A DNA stretch of 64,000 bases from Candidatus Latescibacterota bacterium (GTDB lineage: Bacteria > Latescibacterota > UBA2968 > UBA8231): contig CBDETK010000013.1 in assembly GCA_965242865.1 (NCBI GenBank), positions 192,001 through 256,000 on the forward strand, given 5' to 3'. A program made the position numbers and the translations under genes. Positions 48,614 to 57,346 of this stretch are shown here, one piece after another. A model generated the notes under the pieces. That model saw nothing but the letters and a program-made list of their open reading frames with translations. It was not told where the DNA came from and did not search any database. How positions within the stretch are numbered: position 1 is the first letter of the stretch; every line of letters starts with the position of its first letter.

Positions 48614-48895
48614 ATGCCTGGGCTGAAAAAGGAAATCGCCGCGTACGAACGCATGCGCGGCGACCTCGAGTTGGAGCACTTCGGCAAATGGATCGTTGTG
48701 CATGATGAGAAACTCACCGGGATTTATGACTCATTTGAAGTGGCAGCCGACAACGCTGTCCAGCGTTTCGGGCGCGGGCCGTACCTAATCAAACGAGTTG
48801 GAGAACCACCGATGACCCTGCCGGCTTCCGTGCTGTATAGTCCGTTGAACGAGTTGACAGCGCAACGGCCCCCTTTTACCTTTTGCCCGTTATGA
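48614..48895 (+). CDS. DUF5678-like small protein
   Basis: AAGGAGG RBS; EIAAYERMR..HFGKWIVVHDEKLTGIYDSFE.A..A..FG..PYLIKRVG. Confidence 0.65.
   Translation: MPGLKKEIAAYERMRGDLELEHFGKWIVVHDEKLTGIYDSFEVAADNAVQRFGRGPYLIKRVGEPPMTLPASVLYSPLNELTAQRPPFTFCPL
48854..48882 (+). promoter_or_regulatory. Sigma-70 promoter of the trp/aro operon
   Basis: TTGACA (48854)-N17-TACCTT (48877-48882), 9 nt before the leader ATG. Confidence 0.7.
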
Positions 48896-48972
48896 ATTTT
48901 TCGCCTCACATTCGTCGCTGGTGGCGCGCTTGGCATTTCCCGAGCCGGGAGAGAGGTGCGTCCATCCGCTAG
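48892..48972 (+). CDS. trpL: Trp operon leader peptide
   Basis: MNFSPHIRRWWRAWHFPSRERGASIR*: tandem TGGTGG at 48919-48924 plus TGG at 48931, upstream of a terminator and trpE. Confidence 0.82.
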   Translation: MNFSPHIRRWWRAWHFPSRERGASIR

Positions 48973-48995
48973 ACTGCGACGATATTTTTAATTCC

Positions 48996-49028
48996 AACGC
49001 GGACGCCCTCGGGTGTCCGCGTTTTTTT
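48996..49028 (+). terminator. Attenuator terminator (3:4)
   Basis: AACGCGGAC-GCCCTCGGGT-GTCCGCGTT running into a T7 tract, 16 nt before the trpE ATG. Confidence 0.85.
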
Positions 49029-49044
49029 GTTCTGGGAGAACGCC

Positions 49045-51213
49045 ATGCACACGGAAACCTTTCGCACGGCCGGCCGCGTCGAAATCAGGCGCGAGACTCG
49101 ACCGTTGCCCCTAACGCAGCCGCTCGAGTCCCTGCTGGAGCGGCTCAACACCCATCGCGGCGCGGTCTTCGCCAGCGGCTACGAATATCCGGGGCGATAC
49201 AGCCGGTGGGACATTGGCTTTGTCGATCCGCCGCTGGAACTGGTGGCGCGTCAGCGCGAATTTGCCTTCCGGGCGCTCAACGCCCGCGGCCACGTGCTGC
49301 TGGAGATCGTGCGCCGAGGGCTTGCTGGGCACGCACACTTGGCCGCGCTGGAGCTCGCCGAGGACCAGCTCAAAGGCGCGGTGGTGCCGATGCCCGAATA
49401 CTTTTTGGAGGAGGAGCGGTCCAAGCAGCCGACGATCTTCAGCGTCCTGCGCGCCCTTGCGGCGCAGATGCGGGGCGCGGACGAGCACTTGGGATGGTAC
49501 GGCGCGTTGGGCTACGACTTGGTGTTCCAGTTTGAGCCGATTGAGCTGCGCCACCCGCGTCGGGCAGACCAAGCCGATCTGCATCTGTTTTTGCCGGACG
49601 AGCTCGTGGTCGTCGATCACCGCAAAGAGCAGGCGCGGTGCTACCGCTATGAGTTTGCGGCCGACGGGTTGTCAACCGAGGGCATGGAGCGGCGCACAGA
49701 CGCCGTGCCGCACGCGCCGGGCGCGGCGACCGCGCTCCAGTGCGACCACGCCCCGGGCGAGTACGCGGACAAGGTGCGCGAGGTCATTGCCGGCACTGAG
49801 CGCGGCGACTTTTTTGAGGTGGTGCCGAGCCAAGTGCTCAGCGCGGGATATGCCGGTAGCCCGCACGCCCTCTTTGAGAACATCCGCCGCACCAACCCCA
49901 GCCCCTACGAGTTTTTCATCAACCTCGGCGACGAGTACTTGATCGGTGCTTCGCCCGAGATGTTCGTGCGGGTCAACGGGTCCTTGGTCGAGACGTGTCC
50001 GATTGCCGGGACCATTGGCCGCGGCAAAACCGTGATGGAGGACGCCGAGCAGATCCGCGACCTGCTCAACTCGAAAAAGGACGAGGCCGAGCTAAACATG
50101 TGTACGGACGTCGATCGCAACGACAAGGCGCGGATTTGCCAAGAAGGCTCGGTGCGGGTGGTCGGGCGGCGCATGATCGAAAAGTACTCCAAAGTCTTTC
50201 ACACCGTGGACCAAATCGTAGGTGAGCTGAAGGATGGCTGCGACGAATTCGACGCCTTGCTCTCGCATCTATGGGCGGTGACGCTTACCGGCGCGCCCAA
50301 ACCGGCGGCCATGCAGAAGATCGAGGAGCTGGAAAACTCGGCGCGGCGTTGGTACGGCGGCTGCGTTGGGATGCTGCTCTTTAGCGGCGAGATCAACACC
50401 GGGATCACCATCCGCACGGTACACTTAGAGGGCGGCATGGCCCGCGTGCGGGTCGGCGCGACCCTGCTGTGCGACTCGGACCCCGACGAGGAGGAACGCG
50501 AAACCCGGGCCAAAGCCGAGGCTTTTATCAACGCGGTGACCGGGGCCGACAGCGCGGCCGCCCCGAATAAGGCGCGGGCGGTTACGGGCCGCGGCAAGCG
50601 GGTGCTCTTTGTGGACAACCGCGATTCTTTCGTCCACACCCTCGGCGACTACGTGCGGCAAACCGGGGCCGAAGTGGTCACGGTGCGCGCCGAGCGGTCG
50701 CGCGACGGGACCGGAGCGCGGGGCCTGCGCCGCTCGGAGCGCGTCTTTGCCGAGGTCGAGCCAGACTTGGTCTTTATCTCGCCCGGCCCGGGGACGCCCG
50801 AGGAGTTCGGCGTGCCAACGCTGGTGCGAGAATGCGTCCGACGCGCCCTGCCGGTCTTTGGCGTGTGCCTCGGGCTCCAGGGCATCGTCCAAGCCTTTGG
50901 CGGCGAGTTGGGCGTCTTGTCTTATCCCATGCACGGCAAGGAATCCACGATCCGCTGCACACCCGAAGGGATCCTCAGCGGATTTCCCACAGAATTCGTC
51001 GCCGGTCGCTACCACTCGCTCTACGCCCGGCCGGAGAACCTGCCGGCATGCCTGCGGGTCTTGGCCCAGACCGACGACGGGGTCATCATGGCCGTGGAGC
51101 ACTGCGAGCTGCCGATTGCGGCCGTGCAGTTCCACCCGGAGTCGATCTTGACGCTCAAGGACGATCTCGGCTTGCGGCTGATCGCCGAGGTCGTGGGGAG
51201 GCTGGCGCGATGA
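49045..51213 (+). CDS. trpE: Fused anthranilate synthase TrpE(G)
   Basis: SGYEYPGRYSRWD; NPSPYEF; ASPEMFV; TGAPKPAAM; C-terminal GATase with GVCLG and HPES. Confidence 0.93.
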   Translation: MHTETFRTAGRVEIRRETRPLPLTQPLESLLERLNTHRGAVFASGYEYPGRYSRWDIGFVDPPLELVARQREFAFRALNARGHVLLEIVRRGLAGHAHLAALELAEDQLKGAVVPMPEYFLEEERSKQPTIFSVLRALAAQMRGADEHLGWYGALGYDLVFQFEPIELRHPRRADQADLHLFLPDELVVVDHRKEQARCYRYEFAADGLSTEGMERRTDAVPHAPGAATALQCDHAPGEYADKVREVIAGTERGDFFEVVPSQVLSAGYAGSPHALFENIRRTNPSPYEFFINLGDEYLIGASPEMFVRVNGSLVETCPIAGTIGRGKTVMEDAEQIRDLLNSKKDEAELNMCTDVDRNDKARICQEGSVRVVGRRMIEKYSKVFHTVDQIVGELKDGCDEFDALLSHLWAVTLTGAPKPAAMQKIEELENSARRWYGGCVGMLLFSGEINTGITIRTVHLEGGMARVRVGATLLCDSDPDEEERETRAKAEAFINAVTGADSAAAPNKARAVTGRGKRVLFVDNRDSFVHTLGDYVRQTGAEVVTVRAERSRDGTGARGLRRSERVFAEVEPDLVFISPGPGTPEEFGVPTLVRECVRRALPVFGVCLGLQGIVQAFGGELGVLSYPMHGKESTIRCTPEGILSGFPTEFVAGRYHSLYARPENLPACLRVLAQTDDGVIMAVEHCELPIAAVQFHPESILTLKDDLGLRLIAEVVGRLAR

Positions 51214-51261
51214 TACGCATCTTACGCATCTATTGTCGGACGCGATCAACGCCTGCATGAC

Positions 51262-51825
51262 ATGCTGCTGATACTTGATAACTACGACTCCTTTACCTAC
51301 AATTTGGTGCATTATTTAGAGGAGCTAGGGGCGGCAACCGAGGTCTGGCGCAACGACGAGCTAACGGCGGCCGAAGCGGTCGCGCTCGCACCCGAGCGCG
51401 TGGTGATTTCGCCCGGCCCGGGCGGCCCGGAGCAAGCTGGAATTTCGCGCCGGCTCGTCGAGCGGTTGGCCGGGGTGATTCCCATTTTAGGGGTGTGCTT
51501 GGGGCACCAAGTCATCGCCCGAGTTTGCGGCGGGCGCGTCGGCCGGGCCAACGCAATCGTCCACGGCCGAGCGACGCCCGTGCATCACGACGGTCGCACG
51601 CTCTTTGCCGGATTGTCCAACCCATTCGCGGCCACGCGCTATCACTCGCTGGCGGTCGAGCGAGCGAGTTTGCCCGAGTGCCTCGAAGTATCGGCCACCA
51701 GCGAGGACGGGACGATCATGGGGATTCGGCATCGGCACTGGCCCCTCGAAGGGGTGCAGTTCCACCCGGAATCCATCCTGACCACAGAAGGCAAACAACT
51801 GCTGGCTAACTTCCTTCGCTTATGA
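51262..51825 (+). CDS. trpG: Stand-alone glutamine amidotransferase (TrpG/PabA)
   Basis: DNYDSFTYNL; ISPGPG; GVCLGHQ; RYHSL; QFHPES. Confidence 0.9.
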   Translation: MLLILDNYDSFTYNLVHYLEELGAATEVWRNDELTAAEAVALAPERVVISPGPGGPEQAGISRRLVERLAGVIPILGVCLGHQVIARVCGGRVGRANAIVHGRATPVHHDGRTLFAGLSNPFAATRYHSLAVERASLPECLEVSATSEDGTIMGIRHRHWPLEGVQFHPESILTTEGKQLLANFLRL

Positions 51826-51835
51826 GGAACTTTTG

Positions 51836-52846
51836 ATGATACGAGAAGCCATAAAAGACCTGATCGCCGGAGCGGACTTGGGCCGCGCTAAGACGCGGGC
51901 GGCCATGGACCAGATCATGAGCGGCCACGCCACAAACGCCCAGATTGGCGCGTTTCTCGTCGCCCTGCGGATCAAGGGCGAGACCATAGACGAGATCGCC
52001 GGCTGCGCCGAAGTCATGCGCGAGAAAGCCACGCCCATCGCGACGGCCCGGCCCGAGCTCATCGACACCTGCGGCACCGGGGGCGACGATTCCGGGACTT
52101 TCAACATCTCGACAGCGGTGGCCTTTGTCGCCTGCGGGGCCGGCCTCGCGGTCGCCAAGCACGGCAATCGCTCCATTTCGAGCCAATGCGGCTCGGCCGA
52201 CGTGCTAGACGCGCTCGGGGTCAACATCGAAGCCTCGCCGGAAAAGGTCGGCGAGTGCATCGACCAAGTCGGCATCGGCTTCCTCTTTGTGGTGGCCTTG
52301 CACGGGGGGATGAAACACGCCATCGGCCCGCGCCGAGAACTGGGCACCCGCACGGTTTTTAACGTCTTGGGGCCGCTGACCAATCCGGCCGGGGCCAAAA
52401 GGCAATTGCTCGGAGTGTACGACGGTGCGCTGACCGAGACCCTCGCCGCGGTGCTCGGCCAGTTGGGGTCGGAACGGGCCTTGGTGGTACACGGGTCGGA
52501 CGGGCTGGACGAGATTACCCTGACCGGGCCGACCCAGGTCAGCGAGCTGAGAGACGGGCGGGTGAGTACTCGTCAGATCGAGCCGGGGGATTTTGGGTTG
52601 CAGACGGCCCCAGCCGCGGCACTGCAAGGCGGCGATGCCGCGTACAACGCACGCATCCTGCGCGCGGTCCTCGACGGTCGGGAAGGACCGCGGCGCGACG
52701 TGGTGCTGCTCAATGCGGCCGCGGCCATCGTCGTGGGCGGGCTGGCCGAGGATATGACCGCCGGTCTCGAATTGGCCCGGGCGGCCATTGACTCGGGCCG
52801 GGCGCGTCAAGCCCTAGAGCGACTGGTCGAGGTGAGCAACGCCTAA
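51836..52846 (+). CDS. trpD: Anthranilate phosphoribosyltransferase
   Basis: DTCGTGGD; FNISTA; KHGNRS; GPLTNPA. Confidence 0.96.
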   Translation: MIREAIKDLIAGADLGRAKTRAAMDQIMSGHATNAQIGAFLVALRIKGETIDEIAGCAEVMREKATPIATARPELIDTCGTGGDDSGTFNISTAVAFVACGAGLAVAKHGNRSISSQCGSADVLDALGVNIEASPEKVGECIDQVGIGFLFVVALHGGMKHAIGPRRELGTRTVFNVLGPLTNPAGAKRQLLGVYDGALTETLAAVLGQLGSERALVVHGSDGLDEITLTGPTQVSELRDGRVSTRQIEPGDFGLQTAPAAALQGGDAAYNARILRAVLDGREGPRRDVVLLNAAAAIVVGGLAEDMTAGLELARAAIDSGRARQALERLVEVSNA

Positions 52847-53625
52847 TGGCCGACATCCTCCGCGAAATAGCCGCATACAAGCGCGAGTTCGTTGCCAGCC
52901 GCCAGCGGCAGCGCAGTTTGGCCGAGGTGCGCGCTCGCGCCCGCGACACGCCCGCGCCGGCCGATTTCCGCGGTGCATTGGCGGCCGACGGGATCGCGCT
53001 GATCGCCGAGCTAAAAAAAGCCTCGCCCTCCCAGGGCATCCTCCGCGCCGACTTCGACCCGGAGCGGATCGCCGATGCATATAGGGCCAACGGCGCGCGC
53101 TGCCTTTCGGTATTGACGGACGAGGCGTACTTTCAGGGGCGCGATGATTACGTACAGAGGGCCAAAGAGGCGGCCGGCTTGCCGGTGTTGCGCAAGGATT
53201 TTACCATCGACGACTACCAGCTCTACGAAGCCCGCGTCATCGGGGCCGATGCCATTTTGCTGATCGCGGCCCTGCTGGACTCCAGCCAGCTCGACGACTG
53301 CCTCGGCTTGGCCAGCGAGTTGGAATTGGCCGCGCTCGTCGAAGTCCACGATGGGGCGGAATTGGCGCGGGCCAAAGCGGCTGGGGCCAGCCTCGTCGGC
53401 GTCAACAACCGCGATCTGCGGACCTTTGAGACCCGCTTGGATACCACGTTCGCGCTGTTGGATCAGATGCCAGAGGGAGCGGTCGTCGTCAGCGAGAGCG
53501 GTATTGCCGGCCGCAGCGATGTTGAGCGGCTCGCCGCGGCCGGAGTCGATGCGATCTTGGTCGGCGAATCCCTGATGCGGGCCGCCGATATGGGGAGCAA
53601 GGTGAGGGAGCTAGTGGGCGCGTGA
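52846..53625 (+). CDS. trpC: Indole-3-glycerol phosphate synthase
   Basis: IAELKKASPS; SVLTD; LRKDF; GVNNRDL; SESGI. Confidence 0.96.
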   Translation: MADILREIAAYKREFVASRQRQRSLAEVRARARDTPAPADFRGALAADGIALIAELKKASPSQGILRADFDPERIADAYRANGARCLSVLTDEAYFQGRDDYVQRAKEAAGLPVLRKDFTIDDYQLYEARVIGADAILLIAALLDSSQLDDCLGLASELELAALVEVHDGAELARAKAAGASLVGVNNRDLRTFETRLDTTFALLDQMPEGAVVVSESGIAGRSDVERLAAAGVDAILVGESLMRAADMGSKVRELVGA

Positions 53626-54605
53626 AAAAACGAGTGTTTTCGGGCATTCAGCCCTCGGGCCACATCCACCTCGGCAACTACCTCGGGGCCGTCCGCAACT
53701 GGCTGGTCAACCTACAAAACCGCGACAACATCTTCTGCGTGGTCGATCAGCACGCCATCACCGTGCCCCACGACCCGCAGGCGTTGCGCGTCGGCACCCG
53801 CGAGGCCGTGGCCCTGTACATCGCCTGCGGCCTCGATCCGCAGCAGTGCCGCCTCTTTGTGCAGTCGCATATCCCAGAGCACACGGAGTTGGCGTGGCTG
53901 TTGACCTGCATTACGCCCATGGGCTGGCTGGAGCGGATGACCCAGTTCAAGGATCGGGTGGGGGCGCGGCGCGAGCGCGTCGGCACCGGGTTGTTCGTCT
54001 ATCCGGCGTTGATGGCCGCCGATATTTTGCTCTACCAAGCGCACGAAGTGCCCGTTGGCGACGACCAAAAGCAGCACGTGGAGCTAACGCGCGATCTGGC
54101 CGAGCGCTTCAATCGCCAGTTCGGGGCGGTCTTTACCGTGCCCGAGCCGGTCATTCCCACAGTCGGGGCGCGGATTATGGGGCTCGACGATCCGACCGCG
54201 AAAATGTCTAAGTCGGCCGAGGGGCGGTTCCACCGCATCGGCCTGCTCGACAGTCCGGACGCGGTGCGCAAGGCCGTCATGCGGGCGGTGACCGATTCGC
54301 AGCGGGACATCGTCTTCGACCGGCAGCGCCCCGGGCTGCACAACCTCCTAACCATCTACCAAGCGTTGACGGGCCTCGCGCCGGCCGCCATTGAGGCGCG
54401 GTTTGCCGGCAAGGGCTACGGCGACTTAAAGAAGGAATTGGCCGCAGTGATCATCGCCGAGATCGAGCCGATTCAGGCTCGCTATCGGGCGTTGCGGGCG
54501 GATCCGGCCTATATCGACCGGGTGCTCGCCGAGAGCGTCGAAAAGCTGCGCCCGATCGTGGATGCCACCATGGACGCCGTCCGCCGGGCGCTGGGGCACC
54601 GATAA
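53622..54605 (+). CDS. trpS: Tryptophan-tRNA ligase
   Basis: SGIQPSG.HLGNYLG; YPALMAADIL; KMSKS. Confidence 0.96.
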   Translation: MKKRVFSGIQPSGHIHLGNYLGAVRNWLVNLQNRDNIFCVVDQHAITVPHDPQALRVGTREAVALYIACGLDPQQCRLFVQSHIPEHTELAWLLTCITPMGWLERMTQFKDRVGARRERVGTGLFVYPALMAADILLYQAHEVPVGDDQKQHVELTRDLAERFNRQFGAVFTVPEPVIPTVGARIMGLDDPTAKMSKSAEGRFHRIGLLDSPDAVRKAVMRAVTDSQRDIVFDRQRPGLHNLLTIYQALTGLAPAAIEARFAGKGYGDLKKELAAVIIAEIEPIQARYRALRADPAYIDRVLAESVEKLRPIVDATMDAVRRALGHR

Positions 54606-54615
54606 GAGAATAGCT

Positions 54616-54879
54616 ATGGACCTAAGTGACTGGCGCGAACGCATAGATACCATTGACCGGCAAATGATCGATCTGCTCAACGAGCGCATGCGCTGCGCCC
54701 AAGCGATCGGGCGGCTCAAAAAGGCCGCGGGAAAACCCATCCGCGATCCCGAGCGCGAGCGCGCGGTGATCTCCAAGGTCAAAGCCTACAACCAAGGGCT
54801 GATTACGGACGAAGCCCTAGCCGAGCTCTACTGGCTGCTCATCAAGTTGACCACGGACTTCGAGCGCGAGGAGCCCTAG
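54616..54879 (+). CDS. Chorismate mutase (AroQ type)
   Basis: LSDWRERIDTID..LLNER..IGRLK..RDPERE. Confidence 0.88.
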   Translation: MDLSDWRERIDTIDRQMIDLLNERMRCAQAIGRLKKAAGKPIRDPERERAVISKVKAYNQGLITDEALAELYWLLIKLTTDFEREEP

Positions 54880-55976
54880 TTTTCTTCCGGCGGGTCGTCA
54901 TCGTCGGCGTGGGCTTGATTGGTGGCTCAATAGGCTCAGCACTCCGGCGCACCGGCTTTGGCGGGCGGGTCGTGGGCGTCAGTCGCCCCGCAACCATCGC
55001 CCGCGCCCTAGAGTTGGGCGTGATCGACGAAGGGTGGGGCTACGGCGAGTTGGAGCCCGCGCTCAAGGGAGCCGATCTGGTCTTTCTCTGCACCCCGATT
55101 AAGCGGATTCTCGCGCTGATTGCGGACGTGGGGCGGCTCGCCGAGCCGAGGACCCTAGTGACCGACGTCGGGAGCACCAAGCGGCGCATCGTGGCCGCGG
55201 CCCAAGCCCAGTTTGGCGACGAGGTGTACTTTGTCGGCGGCCACCCCATGGCCGGCTCGGAAAAGGCCGGCGTGGCCGCGGCCGATCCGTTCCTCTTCCA
55301 GAATGCGATTTACATTTTGGTCCCCAACCCACAAGTGCCAGCCGACCGCTACCAAGCCTTGACCGCGCTCTTGCGACAGCTCGGAGCGCGGGTGCTGGAA
55401 CTCGACGCCGAAGCGCACGACCGGGCGGTCGCGGCCATCAGCCACCTGCCGCAGATGATCGCGACCTCGCTGGTGAGTATGGTCGGGCGGCTCAATGCCG
55501 AGCGCGACCACTTCTTGCCGCTGGCCGCTGGGGGCTTCCGCGACCTGACGCGGATTGCCGCCAGTCCGTTTTCGCCGGTGTGGGAGGATATTTGCGCGAC
55601 CAATGCCGACCAGATTCGCGCCATGATCGACCGCTACATGGCCGCGCTCGCCGCGGTGCGGGAGCGGCTGGAGGAAGCGGAGCTCAAGGCGGATTTCGAT
55701 TTTGCCAATGCGGTGCGCGGCGCGATCCCGCGGGATTCAAAGGGGTTCATTCACGCGCTGTACGAGATTTTGGTGCTCGCCGAAGATCGCCCGGGAGTCA
55801 TCGCCGAGATCGGGCAGGCACTGGGGGCCGAAGGGATCAACATCAACGACATTGAGGTAATGAAGGTGCGCGAGGGCGAGGGGGGGACGCTGCGGTTGGG
55901 GTTTGATAGCGCGGAGAGCGCGGAAGACGCACTGAGGATTTTGGCGCGGCTCGGGTACGTGGCGCGGAGGCCCTAA
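54879..55976 (+). CDS. tyrA: Prephenate/arogenate dehydrogenase with C-terminal ACT domain (start codon anomalous)
   Basis: RVVIVGVGLIGGS; TDVGSTK; GGHPMAGSE; ISHLP; DRPGVIA ACT motif. Confidence 0.88.
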   Translation, partial: VFFRRVVIVGVGLIGGSIGSALRRTGFGGRVVGVSRPATIARALELGVIDEGWGYGELEPALKGADLVFLCTPIKRILALIADVGRLAEPRTLVTDVGSTKRRIVAAAQAQFGDEVYFVGGHPMAGSEKAGVAAADPFLFQNAIYILVPNPQVPADRYQALTALLRQLGARVLELDAEAHDRAVAAISHLPQMIATSLVSMVGRLNAERDHFLPLAAGGFRDLTRIAASPFSPVWEDICATNADQIRAMIDRYMAALAAVRERLEEAELKADFDFANAVRGAIPRDSKGFIHALYEILVLAEDRPGVIAEIGQALGAEGININDIEVMKVREGEGGTLRLGFDSAESAEDALRILARLGYVARRP

Positions 55977-55979
55977 GCG

Positions 55980-57203
55980 ATGGAAGAAATCGTCCGCCCC
56001 GTCCAGAAAATTGCCGGGCAGGTCTCAGTGCCCGGCGAGCAGGTGCCCGGCGAGCGCGCCCTCGTATTGGCCGCGCTGAGCGAAGGGGCTAGCGTCGTCG
56101 GCAACGCGCCCGTTGCTGTGGGCCGCGTGGTCGCTTTGTTGCGCGCCCTCGGCGTTGACATTGCCGAGCGCGCCGGCGGCTATGCGGTGCGCGGCGTTGG
56201 GTTGCGGGGGTTTCGGCGCGCCGAGGAACCGCTTGACCTAGAAGGATTGGGCGACACGGCCCTGTTGTTGCTGCCCTTGCTCGCCGGACAGACGTTTCGC
56301 TCGCGGGTGAAGTTGGGCGCGGAAGCCGAGCGGTGTCGGCCCTTGCTCGCCCTACTGGCCCAGCTCGGGTTCGCGGTCGAACAGGAGCGCGCCGACACCT
56401 TGGTAACCGGGGGACAGCAGGCCAAAGGGTACGTCCTCTCCGAAGCACCGCCGACCGACGCCGTAGCACTGGGGGCACTAGTCGGTGCGCTCTTTGCCGA
56501 GGGGACGACCGCGCTGAAAGCCGGCCGTAGGGTGGAGCGCTGGTTGCGCGGGCGCGGGGTTGCGGTCGAGCGGCGCAAGCTCCTGTCGGTAGCAGGGGGG
56601 CAGGCGTTGCGGGGCGTTGACGAGGAGGTGCCTGGGCAACTCGCGTTGGCGTATCCGCTCATCGGGGCCGCGCTATGCCGCAAGGGGTCGGACCTAACCA
56701 TCCAGCGCGTGGCCATCCGCCCTCGGCAGCGGGCTTTCTTGGATCTGCTGCGGCAGATTGGGGCGCAGATCGCCGCGCAAGACCGCGGAGGAAGCGCGTG
56801 CGATTTGCGCGTGTGCGCCAGCCCGTTGAAGGGTACACGCGTGGCTGGGCAGCGGGCGGCCAAGGTCGCCGATCAGATCGCGCTGTTAGCGGTCTTGACG
56901 ACCCAAGCCACCGGGACGACGGTCCTCCGCGACATTGAGGACGTGCCGCACGTGGAGCACTTGTGCGCCGCGCTGCGCTCGCTCGATGCGCGGATTGGCC
57001 AGTTCACAGAAGGGCTGGTCATCAAAGGAGGCTTCCCGCTTCAGGGCGGCCAGCTCAATGGCCGGGGCGATCCGAACTTAGTCATGGCTTTTGCCGTGGC
57101 CGGGCTGTTGGCCGAAGGGGCGTTGACCATCCAAGGCTGCGAGTGCTTGGCGTCTAGCTGGCCCGATTTTTTTGAGACCGTTCACCTTATGCGAGGAGAT
57201 TGA
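55980..57203 (+). CDS. EPSP synthase (AroA)-fold protein with degenerate active site
   Basis: AroA-like length, fold motifs and operon position; the KS, SSQ/SAQ, KESDR and DHR motifs are absent. Confidence 0.72.
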   Translation: MEEIVRPVQKIAGQVSVPGEQVPGERALVLAALSEGASVVGNAPVAVGRVVALLRALGVDIAERAGGYAVRGVGLRGFRRAEEPLDLEGLGDTALLLLPLLAGQTFRSRVKLGAEAERCRPLLALLAQLGFAVEQERADTLVTGGQQAKGYVLSEAPPTDAVALGALVGALFAEGTTALKAGRRVERWLRGRGVAVERRKLLSVAGGQALRGVDEEVPGQLALAYPLIGAALCRKGSDLTIQRVAIRPRQRAFLDLLRQIGAQIAAQDRGGSACDLRVCASPLKGTRVAGQRAAKVADQIALLAVLTTQATGTTVLRDIEDVPHVEHLCAALRSLDARIGQFTEGLVIKGGFPLQGGQLNGRGDPNLVMAFAVAGLLAEGALTIQGCECLASSWPDFFETVHLMRGD

Positions 57204-57205
57204 AG

Positions 57206-57346
57206 ATGCGAGGACTCTTTCGGCTTTCTGTGTGCGCGGCCGTGCTGTTGGGCGGCGGCCTGCTCGCCATCCGCCTGCTCTACGGCGTGTCGTGGCGCGA
57301 ATCCTTGGAGATTGCCAACGGCTTCATCGAGGATTTATTGGGGTGA
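57206..57346 (+). CDS. 46-aa single-TM small protein
   Basis: GAGGAG RBS; MRGLFRLSVCAAVLLGGGLLAIRLLYGVSWRESLEIANGFIEDLLG*; stop overlaps the aroE GTG. Confidence 0.7.
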   Translation: MRGLFRLSVCAAVLLGGGLLAIRLLYGVSWRESLEIANGFIEDLLG

